In this document: in pieces, positions 34,668 through 36,877 of the stretch
How positions within the stretch are numbered: the first letter of the stretch is position 1
How the letters are laid out: every line of letters begins with the position of its first letter
Source: a virus
Lineage: Duplodnaviria > Caudoviricetes
Length of the DNA: 36,877 nt
Virus record (IMG/VR): IMGVR_UViG_3300010362_000056
Coordinates: 1 to 36,877 of that record
Direction: 5' to 3' (one strand)
Program-made: the position numbers and the translations under genes
The notes under the pieces: generated by a model
What the model was told of the DNA's origin: nothing
Database searches by the model: none
Seen by the model: the letters and a program-made list of their open reading frames with translations, nothing else

Positions 34668-34892
34668 TCAGGGCGTGGTCGGCTCGGTGGTGCCGCCGCC
34701 ACTGAGCGGCTCCGGGTTGGCCGTTGGCCCCTCGGCCGGGCTGCCGTCCTCCTTGAGCGGCCACGGCGATACACCCATCGCCATGAGGTCGTTCTCTTCC
34801 TGCGTCGGCGTCGGCGTCGAGCCGTCCGCGAGTGACTTGCCGATGAGCTTTCGCGCCGCGACGATCTTGGCTTGCGCTTCTGCTTTGTCCAT
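34668..34892 (-). CDS. Small hypothetical head-region protein
   Basis: GGAG RBS before MDKAEAQ. PTPTQEEND motif. Confidence 0.55.
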   Translation of the reverse strand: MDKAEAQAKIVAARKLIGKSLADGSTPTPTQEENDLMAMGVSPWPLKEDGSPAEGPTANPEPLSGGGTTEPTTP

Positions 34893-34943
34893 GTGTGCGA
34901 TCTCCGTGTTCAAAGAACTCGCTTGAGGCAGCGCGCGTGCGCG

Positions 34944-36875
34944 CTACCAAGTGACCGCGTCGATCCACGCGACCATGCCGGGCCTTCTGATAGTCCAGTT
35001 CATGGGCAGGATGAGTCGCAACGCGAGGCTGTCCGTTTGCCACAGCGAGCGCACCGGTGTCGCTGGTGTGCCGTCGACGATCGGCAGCGGCGCCGTGTCT
35101 TCCATGTGCAACGTCGCTTGATCGCTCACCTCGAACCGCGGGGTGTCGGCGCCGACACTGACGAAGTCGGCGGCGTCGATCGCGATCACCATGCCGGGCG
35201 GCACGGTGCCCGACACGATCACGGTCGTCATCAGCAGCCTGCCCTGGTCGATTTGCGCCTGGAACGGGAAGACGCCGTTGACCGCGGGCGCTTGCGCGAG
35301 CGAGATCGACAACGCCTGCAGCGGGTTCATGATCAGCATCACGCGGCGGATGTTGCCGTTGGTGGCGGTCAAGAGCGCGCCGATGAGCTGCTTCATATCG
35401 GCTACGACCGCGTCGAAGCCGCCGCCCGTGGTCGGGGTCAATCCGGCGACGCCGTTGCGGATACCGGCAGGCCTGATCGCGGTCGCCGGGTTGGTGTCGA
35501 GCAACACCGCGTCGAGCGACATGGCGGTGTCTTCTTGGATCGCCTGCCGCAGCAAGCCCTCGACCGCGGGCAACGAGTGCTCGTCGAGTTCACGAGTCCA
35601 GCTCGTGATGACGGCCATCTTCTTGGGAGTCAGCGTGACCGCCACGAATTGCCCTTGCCGCACCGGGATCGGCTGGCCTTCGCCGACGAACGAGCCCGCG
35701 ATCGTCGGGGTCTTGTTGCGGGTCGGCACCACGATCTTGCCCGCACGCCCGAACGACAGCGAGAGCCCCGCCGCCGAGAGTTGCGGATAGACCGAGGCCG
35801 GGAGCAGCAATTCCATGAACGCGGCGTTGACCTGCTGCACAAGCTCGGCCGCCCAACCGGTGACGGTCGTCATGGCGGGCGCGGTCGCGGCTTTCGTCGT
35901 GTAGTCGACGAAGGCCTTGGTCGCCTCGTCGGGATAGTACTGCTGCAGCACCTGCGCGATCGGCAGGCGATCCCGGTGCGCGAAATAGGCGGCAACGCCC
36001 TGGCGCACGAGATACTCGACCGGGTTGACCTTCTTGGCGGGCACGCTGAACGGCCGCCGCGGCTCCGGATTGCCCTTGTCGTTGGTGCTGCGCTCGGACG
36101 TGGTCGCGAGCGTCGCTTCGGCCTTGTGCAGATTGCCGAGATTGCGTTGCGCCGATTCAATCTGCTTGTTCAGCTCCTCCTGCGCCGTCATCTGCACATC
36201 GTCCGGCTGCGCGTCGCCGAGCTTGTCCAGAAGGTCTTGGAATTGATCTTGCAGTTGCACGAGATACTGCTGCGCACCCTCGATGCGCTTGCTGAGTGAG
36301 ACGGTCATCGTCGTTCCTCGGACACGAGGTTTTTGCTCGGCATGCTCGCCGGTTTGCGCGCGCGTCCTCAGTGCTGGCAGGCTCGCCATAAGGGTGCGGC
36401 GGGAAGAGCGACGTGACTGGTCGGCGCTGGCAGGCTCGCCAAAGACCAGCGTTTGCGTCGCCTTGGAAATGTGCAGGCTCTTGGCCACCGCGAGAGCGTT
36501 CGGGTTGGCCGGGATGCTTACCAACGAGGTCTCGATCAGCTCGGCGCGGGTGTAAAGCATCCCGCCGCGCTTTGATTCCTCGCGGGCTCGCTGCTCGATC
36601 GGACGGAAGCCGACCGAGACGGCTTTCAGAATTCCGGCTTTGATCAGTGCGCGGATTTCATCGATGCGTGCCGAGCTGCCTTGCGGCGCAAGCACAAGAT
36701 CACCACGCAAGGAATCCTTCTCGATGCGAAGATTGCGCCACGTGCCGATCGGCCAATCGGAATTGTGATTGAAGAGCGCGACCGGATTGCGCTTGAAGTT
36801 GTCGAATACCCAACCGGACGGCTCGACCACGTCATCGAAGCGATCGGGCGTCGCATCCGACAGGATGAACGCCAT
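34944..36875 (-). CDS. Fused prohead protease and HK97-fold major capsid protein (may extend beyond the window)
   Basis: Protease motifs NPVALFNH, AVSVGF and ETSLVSIPANPNA, in frame with capsid motifs FVGEGQPIP, LTPKKMAVI and SLWQTDSLALR. Confidence 0.9.
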   Translation of the reverse strand: MAFILSDATPDRFDDVVEPSGWVFDNFKRNPVALFNHNSDWPIGTWRNLRIEKDSLRGDLVLAPQGSSARIDEIRALIKAGILKAVSVGFRPIEQRAREESKRGGMLYTRAELIETSLVSIPANPNALAVAKSLHISKATQTLVFGEPASADQSRRSSRRTLMASLPALRTRAQTGEHAEQKPRVRGTTMTVSLSKRIEGAQQYLVQLQDQFQDLLDKLGDAQPDDVQMTAQEELNKQIESAQRNLGNLHKAEATLATTSERSTNDKGNPEPRRPFSVPAKKVNPVEYLVRQGVAAYFAHRDRLPIAQVLQQYYPDEATKAFVDYTTKAATAPAMTTVTGWAAELVQQVNAAFMELLLPASVYPQLSAAGLSLSFGRAGKIVVPTRNKTPTIAGSFVGEGQPIPVRQGQFVAVTLTPKKMAVITSWTRELDEHSLPAVEGLLRQAIQEDTAMSLDAVLLDTNPATAIRPAGIRNGVAGLTPTTGGGFDAVVADMKQLIGALLTATNGNIRRVMLIMNPLQALSISLAQAPAVNGVFPFQAQIDQGRLLMTTVIVSGTVPPGMVIAIDAADFVSVGADTPRFEVSDQATLHMEDTAPLPIVDGTPATPVRSLWQTDSLALRLILPMNWTIRRPGMVAWIDAVTW

Positions 36876-36877
36876 CG

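Overview
This window is about 37 kb of a GC-rich temperate tailed phage; an alphaproteobacterial host is an inference. The left arm (about 1-14.3 kb, mostly + strand) carries a GH25 muramidase, two HTH regulators, many small early-type ORFs, an excisionase, a tyrosine integrase with a likely attP region, and a PhyH-like dioxygenase. The right arm (- strand, 14.4-36.9 kb) is a morphogenesis operon combining an HK97-type head (fused protease-capsid, portal) with a Mu-like contractile tail. The main finding is a TIGR-Tas-like RNA-guided system. A 326-aa Nop/IS110-related protein with no recognisable nuclease domain (TasA-like, 5574-6554) is flanked by 36-nt-period arrays of two alternating 9-nt repeats (AGCGAGCCG / AGAGACCCG) separated by variable ~9-nt spacers. 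The same arrays recur at 1-335 and 8692-9211, and as degenerate or solo units at about 12.5-13.1 kb and 16.5 kb, roughly 50 units in total by manual count. Family assignments come from motif recognition by eye, not from database searches.
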